Assembly (NCBI GenBank): GCA_043754975.1
Contig: JAYUTU010000001.1
Coordinates: 4,231-68,230 of the forward strand
Origin: Bdellovibrionales bacterium
GTDB taxonomy: Bacteria; Bdellovibrionota; Bdellovibrionia; Bdellovibrionales; Bdellovibrionaceae
Reading direction: 5' to 3'
DNA length: 64,000 nucleotides
A program made the position numbers and the translations under genes. The notes beneath the pieces were generated by a model. That model worked only from the letters and a program-made list of their open reading frames with translations, made no database searches and was not told where the DNA came from. Positions 32,938 through 45,100 of this stretch are shown in pieces. How positions within the stretch are numbered: the stretch's first letter is position 1; each line of letters starts with the position of its first letter.

Positions 32938-33022
32938 TCGGGTTAACGGGGTTAAAACTAAAATTTTTGTTGCACGAATGCGGTTACTTGAGAATAGTCA
33001 TAGAACTATCCAGGGAGTCCTT

Positions 33023-33832
33023 ATGATAAAAATTATTTGTGTGGCCAATCAAAAAGGTGGAGTCGGCAAAACCACGACGACCGTCAACGTAGCTTCTGCT
33101 TTGGCGCAGCTGGGGTTTAAAACGCTAGTTATTGATATGGATCCACAGGGAAATGCCTCAAGCGGACTGGGTATAAAGAAACATGAAGCCGAAGATAAAA
33201 ATATTTATCACGTTTTAATTGGAGAAAAAAACATTCAAGAGGCCGTTTTTGCTACCAAAACTGCAAATCTTTGGATAGCGACCTCAAATCCTGACCTGGT
33301 TGGAGCTGAAATTGAGCTTGTGGATATGCCCCAGCGCGAATATCGCTTGAAAAATGCAATCGCGAGCGTTTCTTCACTTTATGACTATGTGCTAATCGAT
33401 TGTCCCCCGTCACTTGGGCTACTCACGCTGAACTCTCTGGCCGCTGCGAACAGCTTTTTAGTTCCGCTGCAATGTGAATACTACGCGCTTGAGGGCCTGA
33501 GCCAACTGTTAAACACAGCAGGATTGGTAAAAAAAGGAATTAATCCCCAGCTGCATATTGAAGGCATTGTACTAACTATGTTTGATAAACGAAATAATCT
33601 TAGTCATCAGGTCGTTGATGAAATACGAGCCCACTTCAAAGAAAAAGTATTCAGCGCAGTTATCCCGCGAAACGTTCGACTAAGCGAGGCGCCTAGTCAC
33701 GGAGTATCCATTTTTGGATATGATGCCAAATCTATTGGAGCTTTGATGTATATGGAGTTAACTAAAGAGCTCGTCGAAAGAACAAAGACGTTTGGCAAAG
33801 CAGAAACTGTAAATCACGGGTCAGTGGTATAA
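33023..33832 (+). CDS. parA: Chromosome partition ATPase ParA/Soj
   Basis: NQKGGVGKTT, DMDPQGN, IDCPP and IPRNVRLSEAPS; ATG 33023 after GGGAG. Confidence 0.97.
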   Translation: MIKIICVANQKGGVGKTTTTVNVASALAQLGFKTLVIDMDPQGNASSGLGIKKHEAEDKNIYHVLIGEKNIQEAVFATKTANLWIATSNPDLVGAEIELVDMPQREYRLKNAIASVSSLYDYVLIDCPPSLGLLTLNSLAAANSFLVPLQCEYYALEGLSQLLNTAGLVKKGINPQLHIEGIVLTMFDKRNNLSHQVVDEIRAHFKEKVFSAVIPRNVRLSEAPSHGVSIFGYDAKSIGALMYMELTKELVERTKTFGKAETVNHGSVV

Positions 33833-33835
33833 ACT

Positions 33836-34810
33836 ATGGAAACAAATAACGAAAATCAAAACAAAAAAAGACTTGGTCGCGGACTGGGCTCTTTGTTTTC
33901 TGAAAATACAACTGAAAATGCTGACTATGCAACTCCGAAAACTGTTAAGCCACCTCCCCCGGTGCACGCCAAAGCCAGTACAGAAATTGAACCTGAGCTT
34001 CGCGTCTGGAAAATAGCTATTGATAAGCTGGTGCCTGGAGTTTATCAGCCACGAAAATCTTTTAATAAAGAAACTCTGCAGGAGCTTGCCGAATCGATTA
34101 AGCAAAATGGGATGATTCAACCAATTACAGTAAGAAAGCGCGCTGCAGGCGGCTTTGAAATTCTTGCTGGCGAGCGCCGCTGGCGAGCAGCCCAGATTGC
34201 CGGGTTTCATGAAGTTCCAGCCCTAATTAAAACAATCGATGATAAGGAAGCACTACAACTAGCAATCATTGAAAACGTTCAGCGGGAAGATTTAGATGCT
34301 ATCGAAGAGGCCGAGGGGTACCAGCGGCTAATGACAGAGTTTGGTTATTCGCAACAACAGGTCTCAGAAAAAGTCGGTAAAGAGCGCTCAAGCGTTGCAA
34401 ATGCATTGCGTCTGTTGGGCTTACCGTCTGAAATTAAAGACATGGTCATTGAAAAATTATTGAGCGTCGGACACGCCAAAGCCCTTCTGGCGCTGGCTGA
34501 CCGAGCAGCACAAATCAGGTTGGCAAAAGAATCGGTAACCAAAGCATTATCCGTAAGGTCTCTCGAAGTCGAAATAAAAAGCCTAAGCAAATCCTTCGAC
34601 AAAAACAGCGACAAAGCAGTAGCTAGCGCGCACGAAAAAGTTTTGGGCACAGATGTGGCCTCGAAACTTGCTCAAGAATTGGCTGAGCAGATTCAGAAAA
34701 AAATGGGAACAAAAACGGAAATAAAGTATGCCGCTGGAAAAGGGCAAGTAGTTCTGCATTTTTACACAGATGATCAGTTAACGCAAATTTACGAAAAGCT
34801 TAATAGCTAA
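33836..34810 (+). CDS. parB: Chromosome partition CTPase ParB/Spo0J
   Basis: LGRGLGSL, AGERRWRAA, ENVQREDL and HTH RSSVANALRLL. Confidence 0.98.
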   Translation: METNNENQNKKRLGRGLGSLFSENTTENADYATPKTVKPPPPVHAKASTEIEPELRVWKIAIDKLVPGVYQPRKSFNKETLQELAESIKQNGMIQPITVRKRAAGGFEILAGERRWRAAQIAGFHEVPALIKTIDDKEALQLAIIENVQREDLDAIEEAEGYQRLMTEFGYSQQQVSEKVGKERSSVANALRLLGLPSEIKDMVIEKLLSVGHAKALLALADRAAQIRLAKESVTKALSVRSLEVEIKSLSKSFDKNSDKAVASAHEKVLGTDVASKLAQELAEQIQKKMGTKTEIKYAAGKGQVVLHFYTDDQLTQIYEKLNS

Positions 34811-35148
34811 TGCAAACCTCTAATGAGAACGCAATTTCAACGTTGATCGAAGAGGGGGCCTCTTTCGAGGGCCGACTGTCCTACAGCGGAACTGCGAAAA
34901 TTGCCGGACACTTTAAGGGCGAAATTTTCACCAGAGACCAGCTTGTGATTTCAGAAACAGCCTTTGTCAGCGCCGAAGTTGAAGCCAGCCAAGTAATATT
35001 AAAGGGTCAATTCGAAGGAAATATCGTGGCCCACTCAAAAGTAATCATGGTGCCGCCAGCCAACTTTCGAGGCACGGTAACAACTCCGAGTTTAAAAATT
35101 GAAGAAGGCGTTGTTTTCGAAGGCGCTTCTTACGTGCCCAAAGCCTGA
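34810..35148 (+). CDS. Bactofilin (polymer-forming cytoskeletal protein)
   Basis: Beta-helix repeats TLIEEGASFEG...IEEGVVFEG; start overlaps the parB stop. Confidence 0.9.
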   Translation: MQTSNENAISTLIEEGASFEGRLSYSGTAKIAGHFKGEIFTRDQLVISETAFVSAEVEASQVILKGQFEGNIVAHSKVIMVPPANFRGTVTTPSLKIEEGVVFEGASYVPKA

Positions 35149-35235
35149 TCAGAATAGTAAAAAAAAGTTAAGACCTTGACGCTGAAAACAACCAGATGTT
35201 ACTTCAGGGTCTCTAATTAACTTTAAGGGCGTTTA

Positions 35236-35673
35236 ATGGAAATCTTGTCACAGCTTGGCGCGAATGGATCAGCATTTATTCAGTTCTTTTTATTTATTGT
35301 AGCCATATCCTTTTTGACAGTTGTTGTTTACAAACCGTTCTTCAAAGCCTACGACGAACGTCACAAACTGACAAAGGGCGCAGATCAGGTTGCTTCAGAA
35401 ACACAGGATGAAGCAAAAAAATTAAGTTTAATCTACGCGTCCCGAGCCCGTGAGATAAACGAAAAAATAAATAAAATTTTTAATATTTCAAAAACGGAAT
35501 CACTTCAGTCGACGGCCATAATTTTAGATGGCGCAAAAACCACTATTGAACACTCGACAGACAGTGCCCGAAAAGATATTCAATCAAAAAAACAAAGCGC
35601 CGAGCAACAAGTGAAGACTGTTTCTCAAGAAGTTGCGGACTCAATCGTTCAAAAAATGACAGGAGCGATGTGA
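35236..35673 (+). CDS. F0 ATP synthase subunit b'
   Basis: N-terminal TM (FIQFFLF..YKPF) plus coiled coil; first gene of the atp cluster. Confidence 0.88.
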   Translation: MEILSQLGANGSAFIQFFLFIVAISFLTVVVYKPFFKAYDERHKLTKGADQVASETQDEAKKLSLIYASRAREINEKINKIFNISKTESLQSTAIILDGAKTTIEHSTDSARKDIQSKKQSAEQQVKTVSQEVADSIVQKMTGAM

Positions 35674-36251
35674 AAAAAATAGCACTACTAATTCTTTTAT
35701 CAGGCTTCTCGTTAGCAGCAGCTGCTGCCACTGGCGGAGGTCACGATGCCGACCATGTCCCTCTGGATAAAATCGGCTGGCAAGCAGCTAATTTAGGAAT
35801 TCTGCTGCTGCTCATTTATTTTGGTATAAAAAAATCAATCGTTGAGACTTTTGAGAAGCGCCGACAAGATTTTTTGGATCAATCTGAAAAAACAAAAGCG
35901 GCGCTAGTAGCTGCAGAAAATGAACTAAAGGAAATTAAAACAAAAATGTCAGCGCTTGAGGCCGGCGAAGCTAAATCAGTTGAAAACGCTAAGCATGAGG
36001 CCAATTTAATGAAGGCTCACATGATTAGAGACGCCGAAACTATGGCTACAAAAATGAAAACCGATGCGGAGCTTTCAATACAAGCCGAACTGGCTCGGGC
36101 CCGAAATGAAATCAATGCGATTATCTTGAAAGAGGCCATCGCAACGGCAAAACAAAAACTGACGTCGACCGCATCAGATTCGGCTAAGGGCGCTGAAAGC
36201 CAATTTTTAGCACGGGTTGACCAGGCCAACTCAGCAAAGGCATCTCTATGA
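35670..36251 (+). CDS. atpF: F0 ATP synthase subunit b
   Basis: WQAANLGILL TM plus coiled coil; N-terminal signal-like/His-rich extension. Confidence 0.9.
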   Translation: MKKIALLILLSGFSLAAAAATGGGHDADHVPLDKIGWQAANLGILLLLIYFGIKKSIVETFEKRRQDFLDQSEKTKAALVAAENELKEIKTKMSALEAGEAKSVENAKHEANLMKAHMIRDAETMATKMKTDAELSIQAELARARNEINAIILKEAIATAKQKLTSTASDSAKGAESQFLARVDQANSAKASL

Positions 36252-36790
36252 GCGCAGTTATTATCGTAGAAAAATATGCTAACTCAATGTTTGAAGTCGC
36301 TGCGGGCGCAAATACAGTCGCAAAAACGCTGCAGGATCTAGAGGCCGTAGCCATTGCATTTTCAGATAAAAGCACAGTCCATTTTTTTAAAAGTCCTTTT
36401 AACTCACAGGAAAACAAAACTGTCGTTGCCAAATCATCTCTTGAGGGCAAAGTTTCCGCTGAGGTTTTCAACTTTGTTTCCACATTAGTTGCAAACGAGC
36501 GCATGCATTTAATCTCTGACATTTGTCAGGTTTTTAAAACAAAAGCCTCACGAGTGGGCGGCCATGCAGAGGGGATTTTATTCGTCGTTGCAGAGCCCAG
36601 TGCCGAATTCAAAAGCGATCTTGAAAAACAGGTTTCCGTAGTTTTAAAAAAGCAGGTCAAGCTGAAGACTCAAATGGACAAGGCTTTAATCTCAGGCTTC
36701 AAGGTACAAGTTGAAGGTTGGACCCTGGACGATTCAGCAGCACATCACTTAAAAAAATTAACAGAAGATATTTCTAAGAGAGGACTATAA
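36248..36790 (+). CDS. atpH: F1 ATP synthase subunit delta
   Basis: KYANSMF, NFVSTLVANER and LISGFKVQV..LDDS motifs. Confidence 0.93.
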   Translation: MSAVIIVEKYANSMFEVAAGANTVAKTLQDLEAVAIAFSDKSTVHFFKSPFNSQENKTVVAKSSLEGKVSAEVFNFVSTLVANERMHLISDICQVFKTKASRVGGHAEGILFVVAEPSAEFKSDLEKQVSVVLKKQVKLKTQMDKALISGFKVQVEGWTLDDSAAHHLKKLTEDISKRGL

Positions 36791-36793
36791 TAC

Positions 36794-38314
36794 ATGGAAG
36801 CGCAAATCAGAGCCGATGAAATCGGTCGCGTTCTAAAAGAACAAATCTCAAAATACAATAAAGCCGTCGAGGTTGCAGAAACCGGAAGCGTTCTTTCTGT
36901 GGGTGACGGGGTTGCCCGTGTTTATGGTTTAGAAAACGTCATGGCCGGAGAACTTGTTGAGTTTTCTTCTGGCGTTCAGGGAATGGCACTAAATCTTGAG
37001 TCGTCTCAGGTTGGCGTGGTTGTTTTCGGTGAAGATCGTCTAATTAAAGAAGGCGACGTTGTTAAGCGTACAAAAAAAATCGTTTCTGTTCCTGTTGGCG
37101 AAGCTCTTTTGGGCCGCGTGGTAAATGCACTAGGACAGGCGATTGACGGAAAAGGTCCGATCGTTTCTGCACACACTCGATTTGTTGAGGTAAAAGCTCC
37201 TGGTATCGTTTATCGAAAATCAGTACACGAGCCCCTGCAAACTGGATTAAAAGCAATCGACGCCTTAATTCCGATTGGCCGCGGCCAACGGGAATTGATT
37301 ATCGGAGACCGTCAAACTGGCAAAACAGCAATTGCTGTTGATACCATTATCAATCAAAAAGGCCAAGGCGTTCACTGCTTTTACGTGGCCATCGGACAAA
37401 AGCAATCAACTGTAACAATCGTTGTTGAAAAATTACGACAAGCAGGCGCTTTAGACTACACAACAATCATTTCTGCTTCAGCTTCTGATCCGGCGCCGAT
37501 GCAGTTTTTAGCTGCTTACTCTGGTACGGCGATGGCAGAATATTTCCGTGACTCTGGAAAACACGCCTTAATTATTTACGATGATTTAACAAAGCAAGCG
37601 CAAGCGTATCGTCAGATGTCGTTATTACTTCGCCGTCCTCCGGGTCGTGAAGCGTATCCTGGAGACGTATTTTATTTACACAGCCGTTTGTTAGAGCGTG
37701 CTGCTAAGGTTTCTGATGATAAAGGTGCTGGTTCATTGACAGCTCTTCCAATCATTGAAACGCAAGCTGGAGATATCTCGGCGTACATTCCTACAAATGT
37801 AATTTCGATCACTGATGGCCAGATCTTTCTAGAATCTGATTTATTTTACAAAGGTGTTCGTCCAGCAGTTTCTATCGGTAAATCGGTATCGCGTGTGGGT
37901 GGAGCCGCTCAGATCAAAGCGATGAAACAAGTTGCTGGATCTATTAAATTAGAGTTAGCACAGTTCCGTGCGCTTGAAGCCTTTGCCGCATTCGCATCGG
38001 ATCTTGATAAAGCATCTCAACAGCAATTAGCTCGTGGTCGTCGTTTGGTTGAAGTTTTAAAACAAGGACAATACCAGCCAGCCAAAGTTGAAGAACAAGT
38101 TCTTATGATTTTTGCTGCAACAAATGGCTATACAGACTCTATTCCTGAGACAAATGTTAAGCGATACGAAAAAGAAATGCTTCAGTTCTTCAAACAAAAA
38201 TACCCGACCGTTTTAAAAGGTGTTGAAGAAAAGAAAGCTGTTTCTGATGACTTGAAAAAAGAAATCGTTGCAGGACTTGTAGAGTTTAAAGCGATTTTTC
38301 AACCATCTAAGTAG
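36794..38314 (+). CDS. atpA: F1 ATP synthase subunit alpha
   Basis: GDRQTGKT and [21 protein letters not shown]. Confidence 0.99.
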   Translation: MEAQIRADEIGRVLKEQISKYNKAVEVAETGSVLSVGDGVARVYGLENVMAGELVEFSSGVQGMALNLESSQVGVVVFGEDRLIKEGDVVKRTKKIVSVPVGEALLGRVVNALGQAIDGKGPIVSAHTRFVEVKAPGIVYRKSVHEPLQTGLKAIDALIPIGRGQRELIIGDRQTGKTAIAVDTIINQKGQGVHCFYVAIGQKQSTVTIVVEKLRQAGALDYTTIISASASDPAPMQFLAAYSGTAMAEYFRDSGKHALIIYDDLTKQAQAYRQMSLLLRRPPGREAYPGDVFYLHSRLLERAAKVSDDKGAGSLTALPIIETQAGDISAYIPTNVISITDGQIFLESDLFYKGVRPAVSIGKSVSRVGGAAQIKAMKQVAGSIKLELAQFRALEAFAAFASDLDKASQQQLARGRRLVEVLKQGQYQPAKVEEQVLMIFAATNGYTDSIPETNVKRYEKEMLQFFKQKYPTVLKGVEEKKAVSDDLKKEIVAGLVEFKAIFQPSK

Positions 38315-38373
38315 TTAGTGATTGCTGATTAAATTGTAATTGCCTGAGGGATTTTAAAAAGGAAGCTGACTAA

Positions 38374-39249
38374 GTGGCAAATTTAAAAGAAATACGCGCT
38401 CGAATAGAGTCGACCAAAAACACCCAGCAAATCACGAAAGCGATGAAGCTGGTGTCTGCGGCGAAACTAAGAAAAGCGCAACACAACATTACAAATATGC
38501 GCCCCTACGCAGTGACACTAAAACAGGTCATTGCAGATATTGCGGCTACGCAAAAAGTTTCTCATCCGCTGATGACAAAAAAATCACATGTTAAAAATGT
38601 TCTGTTGGTCGTATTGACATCGGACCGTGGTCTGTGCGGCGCCTTCAACAGCAGTATTAACAAATTCGCGGAACGTTATATTACAGAAAATAAAAACACT
38701 TTTGAAAAGATTGATTTTATTTTCGTAGGTAAACGCGGCGCTGACTTTTTTGCTCGCAAAAACATTAAGGGTCTAGAAAGCATTAATAAATTAGAAAAAG
38801 ATATTTCCTACGGTCTAGCAAAAAACATTGCTGAAAAATTAATTGCCCACTTCGAAGCCGGTCACTACGAAGAAATTCGCTTGATCTACAATGAATTCAA
38901 ATCAGCCATTTCTCAAAAAGTAGTTTGCGAAACCCTGTTGCCCGTTGAAATCGAAGCGTCTTCGTTTACAGCGGAAGGCAGCAAGTTTGCGGCGGACATG
39001 ATTTTTGACCCGTCTCCGGAAAAAATTATCGAAGACTTGTTGAAAAAAAGTTTTAACCTTCAAGTTTACCGAGCAATGTCTGAATCTGTGGCCTCTGAGC
39101 ATGGAGCGCGTATGACAGCGATGGAAAACTCGTCGAATAATGCGCGTGAAATGATTAGTAAATTAACTTTAACTTACAACAAAGCACGACAAGAGAAAAT
39201 TACGACAGAATTGACAGAGATCGTCGGCGGAGCAGAATCGCTGAAATAA
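38374..39249 (+). CDS. atpG: F1 ATP synthase subunit gamma
   Basis: ITKAMKLVSAAK, SDRGLCG and RQEKITTELTEI. Confidence 0.98.
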   Translation: MANLKEIRARIESTKNTQQITKAMKLVSAAKLRKAQHNITNMRPYAVTLKQVIADIAATQKVSHPLMTKKSHVKNVLLVVLTSDRGLCGAFNSSINKFAERYITENKNTFEKIDFIFVGKRGADFFARKNIKGLESINKLEKDISYGLAKNIAEKLIAHFEAGHYEEIRLIYNEFKSAISQKVVCETLLPVEIEASSFTAEGSKFAADMIFDPSPEKIIEDLLKKSFNLQVYRAMSESVASEHGARMTAMENSSNNAREMISKLTLTYNKARQEKITTELTEIVGGAESLK

Positions 39250-39251
39250 TG

Positions 39252-39276
39252 AAACCGCTTTTGAAAGTGGTTTTTT
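39252..39276 (+). terminator. Terminator-like hairpin between atpG and atpD
   Basis: AAACCGCTT-ttga-AAGTGGTTT followed by TTT. Confidence 0.45.
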
Positions 39277-39313
39277 GAGAGTTTATAAAGTTTTGAATTT
39301 TAAATTTATTTAA

Positions 39314-40735
<1,422 letters not shown>

Positions 40736-40739
40736 TTAT

Positions 40740-41144
40740 ATGTTTAAACTTAATTTGTTAACTCCAGAGCGAAAAGCAGTCTATGACCAGGAAATTACTG
40801 AAGTCACAGTGCCTGCTTACTCCGGTGAAATGACAATTTTGCCGGGGCATTCTCCGATGATCACAACCCTTGGAACTGGGATTTTGAAATATAAAATCAA
40901 GGGCACTGATGGCGCACAAAAAGCCATGATCAGCTGGGGTTACTGCGAAGTAACTCCCACGGCAGTCAATGTGCTCGCTGAATACATGAAGACACCAGAC
41001 GAAGTCGTCGTTGCCGATTCGCAAGCAACAATGCTTGCTGCTGAAAAGAAACTGTCGACACAAATATTGACGGATTCTGAGTATGAACTAACTATGCAAG
41101 ATGTTGCAAAAGCTAAGTCATCAATGGATTTAGTAAAACACTAA
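40740..41144 (+). CDS. atpC: F1 ATP synthase subunit epsilon
   Basis: LLTPER and GEMTILPGHSP. Confidence 0.95.
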   Translation: MFKLNLLTPERKAVYDQEITEVTVPAYSGEMTILPGHSPMITTLGTGILKYKIKGTDGAQKAMISWGYCEVTPTAVNVLAEYMKTPDEVVVADSQATMLAAEKKLSTQILTDSEYELTMQDVAKAKSSMDLVKH

Positions 41145-41170
41145 AAGTGGATCATGTTTTTAATATCCAC

Positions 41171-41204
41171 AGACCAAGGTCTTAACACCTTGGTCTTTTT
41201 TTTT
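41171..41204 (+). terminator. Intrinsic terminator of the atp operon
   Basis: AGACCAAGGT-cttaac-ACCTTGGTCT followed by T8. Confidence 0.92.
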
Positions 41205-41258
41205 GCGCAATGTCGATCTTTGATCAAACCTCACCAATAAAAGAACTAAGATTAAGGA

Positions 41259-42143
41259 ATGAAGTTTAATCAAGCCCGCAGTTTTTTAGTGTTAGTCATT
41301 TCATTAGTGTCGGCGCAGGGCTTTTCACAATCTGACTTACAGTCCGAACTGCAATCTGAGTTATCATCTGAGTTGCCGTCTGAGCTGCCATCTGAAAAGG
41401 CCAATGACGGCTTAGTTGAAGTTGAGCAATTAGATACTGGCTCAGGCGAAGTTTCATTCGAGCGAGTTGTTGATTTAAATGCGCCCTACAGACAGCGCCG
41501 AGGAAAACATGGAGTTCTATTTGGCGTAGGCGCTGAAAAATTTTATCCCAAAGAAATGCTTTCTTTGTTAGATGACGTAAGCATTGACGACATTCTTGAT
41601 AAAAAACCAATTGATCTTTTGTCCATAGAGCTTGGTTACAAATACAATTTTACCTTAGGAGCAGTTACCTTAGCTTACGGCTATGCGACTGGATCCGCAG
41701 TGGGAAGTTTCAACAACGCCAGTCGTAAAATTGGTTTTAAGCGACAAAATGTGACTGCGGGATATTACGCGGACACAATTTTTAATGAGCCCTGGGTTGT
41801 TCCCTACGCTGTCGCGGGAATTACTCAGTTTATTATGGAGGAAGAAGAATCAACCGCGGCCACGATTGTTGCAGAGGACTCCATTAGGACCGGATTTAGT
41901 TTAAATTATAAAGCAGGATTTATGTTTCAACTGAATTGGATCGAATCAGGAATTGATAGCACGACTCATAGTGACGGCTTACGCTCTTCGGGCCTAGAAA
42001 ATACGTATCTGGATGTGTTTGTTTCTTGGTACGATCCAACCCAGGATTTATACGATCCGAATAATGCATTAGCTACAAAAGATTCTGATCCAAACTTGAA
42101 TGCTGAGGCCCAACTGGGACTTGGTTTAAAACTAGAATTTTAA
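41259..42143 (+). CDS. Hypothetical outer-membrane beta-barrel protein
   Basis: Signal peptide; alternating beta pattern (ELGYKYNF, VPYAVAG); C-terminal LGLGLKLEF beta-signal. Confidence 0.75.
   Translation: MKFNQARSFLVLVISLVSAQGFSQSDLQSELQSELSSELPSELPSEKANDGLVEVEQLDTGSGEVSFERVVDLNAPYRQRRGKHGVLFGVGAEKFYPKEMLSLLDDVSIDDILDKKPIDLLSIELGYKYNFTLGAVTLAYGYATGSAVGSFNNASRKIGFKRQNVTAGYYADTIFNEPWVVPYAVAGITQFIMEEEESTAATIVAEDSIRTGFSLNYKAGFMFQLNWIESGIDSTTHSDGLRSSGLENTYLDVFVSWYDPTQDLYDPNNALATKDSDPNLNAEAQLGLGLKLEF
41331..41396 (+). repeat. 12-bp coding tandem repeat (SELx)n
   Basis: TCTGACTTACAG TCCGAACTGCAA TCTGAGTTATCA TCTGAGTTGCCG TCTGAGCTGCCA TCTGAA. Confidence 0.8.
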
Positions 42144-42158
42144 TTCTGATTCAGACGA

Positions 42159-45100
42159 CTAAATCAAAGTGATTAAGTAATTAAGCTCTTCGTAAACAGA
42201 AGACCAGTTGATTGTGTTCAGGCGAACATTAAGCCGTTGATCTGGAGTGATAGAATATTTTTTATTTTCTCGCATCGCTAGCTTTATTGCAGTTTCGGGC
42301 TTCAGACGTGTCCGTTCAGTAAAAATAAGGGAAATACTTTTAGCCCCAGCGCTGATGTCACGAACTCCAAGATCTTTGCACTGTTTGCGAATAAGCATAA
42401 GCCCCATTAAATTAATCACAGGCTCCGGAAGCTGCCCGAATTGATCAGTGAGCTCGCCCTCGATAGCATCCAAATCACTTTGTGATTTTATTTCAGAGAG
42501 TGCCTTGTAGTAACTGAGGCGGATACGAATATCAGCAATGTAAGAGTCAGGAATTAAAGCTGGAATGCGCAAGTTTATTTCTGGATCTAAATCGCGGTCA
42601 GGAACGCTATCACCGCGGGCCTCGGACAAGGCTTCATTTAGTAAATCCATATAGAGTTCGTAACCGACAGAATTGACATGGCCTGACTGATCATCACCTA
42701 AAATATTTCCCGCGCCTCGTAGCTCCAAATCATACTGCGCGATCCGAACACCAGAGCCAAGCGCAGTATTTTCCTGAATAACCTTAAGTCGCTCTTGCGC
42801 ATCTTTTTCAATTTTTTTATTTTTTGGTAGCAACAGATAACAATAAGCACGTGCTTTACTGCGACCAACTCGGCCTCGCAATTGATAAAGTTGTGACAGG
42901 CCAAACATATGGGCTTGATCAATAAACATGGTGTTCGCGCGAGGAACATCCATTCCAGATTCAACGATGGCGGTGCAAACTAAGACATCGATTTCATGAT
43001 TAAAAAAGGCTAACATGGCGGCCTCTAGTTCGTGTTCGTCCATTTGACCATGCGCGACCTTCATACGGGCATCGGGGCAAATCTGTCGGAGCTCATCAGC
43101 TAAGCCGTATAAGCTTTGAACACGGTTGTGAATAAAATAAACCTGCCCGCCGCGCGCAATTTCGGACTGAATTCCTTTACGAATAAGTTCACCATCGAAT
43201 TTAGAAATAAAAGTTCGTGTTGGCAAACGGTCAACAGGAGCCGTATTGATAATTGATAAATCACGCATGCCAGTGAAGCTCATGTTCAACGTTCTGGGAA
43301 TAGGCGTTGCTGACAGAGTTAGCGTATCAACAGCGTTTTTTAATTTTTTTATCTTTTCCTTATGAGCCACTCCGAATTTTTGCTCTTCATCGATAACTAA
43401 AAGTCCTAAATTTTTGAAGACAATATCTTTGCTAAAAAGCCTATGAGTGCCGATTAAAATATCGACCTTGCCGTCTTTAAGCTCTGCTAAAGTTTTCTTT
43501 TGATCCGCGGGGGGAACAAATCGATTCAGCGAGCGTATTTCAACGGGCCAGCCTTGAAAGCGCTTTTTAAAAGTTTCGAGATGTTGAAATGTTAAAACAG
43601 TCGTAGGCGCAAGGATCGCGACTTGCTTTTTGTTCTGCACCACCTGAAAAGTGGCTCGCATGCACACTTCAGTTTTACCGAAGCCAACATCGCCGCAAAT
43701 AAGTCGATCCATGGGTTTATCAGAACCCAGGTCTTTTTGTAAATCAGAGATCGCGCGCAATTGATCATTGGTCTCATCAAAAGGGAACGCTTTTTCAAAC
43801 TGTGCGTAAGCCAATTCATCTAGCGGAATTGGGTCGCGGGTAATTTCAGAACGGGTTGCATAGAGCTTTAACAACTCCGAGGCTATATCCCGCAGATGAC
43901 TTTTAACTTTTATTTTTGTTTTTTCCCAGCCCGTTCCACCAAGCTTATCTAAAACCGAGGTTGCCGAAGAGCCCGAGAATTTTTGTAACTGTCCAACACG
44001 GTAAACAGGCAGATATAATTTATCTTTATCTTTGTAAGAAACTTGAATGTATTCAGACTCAACACCGCCAATATTCATTATCTTAAGGCCTTCGTAGACG
44101 CCGATCCCATGCTTGGTGTGCACAACTAAGTCTTGCGGTTTTAAATCTCCAAAACTAAGGCTTTTTGCTTGAGCTGAAAACTGTTCGTACGATGTTCCCG
44201 TGCTAGCAGAACTTGAGCGCTGTTTTCGGCCGAAAAAGTCATCGTCACGAAGAAAAATAATTTTTTCTTCAACGATTTGAATTGTTTCATTTAAAGGCCG
44301 TGGAATTAAAGTGATCGCATTGCTTGCTAGCCACGTTGTCCAATCATAAGAATTACTTGTGGTAACTTCATAGGAAAGCTCCATTTTTTGTAGCAATGTG
44401 CGCAAGCGGTCAACCTGAACCATGGATTTGGCCGAGATAAATATTTTATAACCATCTGTAAGCCATAACTTAATTTTTGGTAGGGCCAATTGAATCCATG
44501 CTTCAGAGGCTGGGATCATGTTTTGTGCTAACTGCGAAAACTCAGTTAAAGGCACGGTTCTGTAGGGGATGCGTTCTTCGTGCTCGGTGGCATCTTCGAC
44601 GTAAGACAAATTAGAAAACTGAAAAATATTCGATTCCTCGGGCCATTTTAGGCCATCATAAGACAATTGAATATTTTCAATGGGTGGATGAAATAAGTGT
44701 GCGGTTTCTAATTTAGATTCTTGTTTTAGTTCTTGAAAATATTGGTCTGCTTCGCGAGTTATTTCTGCGGGATCTAGAAAGAAAAGATTTAATCCAGAGC
44801 TGAAATGGTCAAGTGGACTAACAAGATGGTCATAACAATAAGGCAGCAGAAACTCACAACCAGAAAAATAATTTTTTGCAGTCAGGCTGCGAATGGTTTC
44901 TTCAATTTCGCTAGATAGCACAGCTCGTCCGACCAAATCGGTTCTGAATTTGGCAATTATGGCTTCAATATTTTCATCTGTGAATTCGGCTTCGTATACG
45001 GGAACAATGTTGAGCTGAGTAATTTCATCTAGGCTGCGCTGATTAGTAATGGAAAACGTCCGCAAAGTTTCAATCTGATCACCGAAAAGTTCCAAGCGCA

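Noticed and set aside
32921-33022. Long N-terminal extensions in the ORF track (parA, etfB, yidC, yidD, nuoJ, nuoK, pdxA, lon)
   Set aside because: Downstream starts with RBSs match family N-termini; the extensions are longest-ORF artefacts
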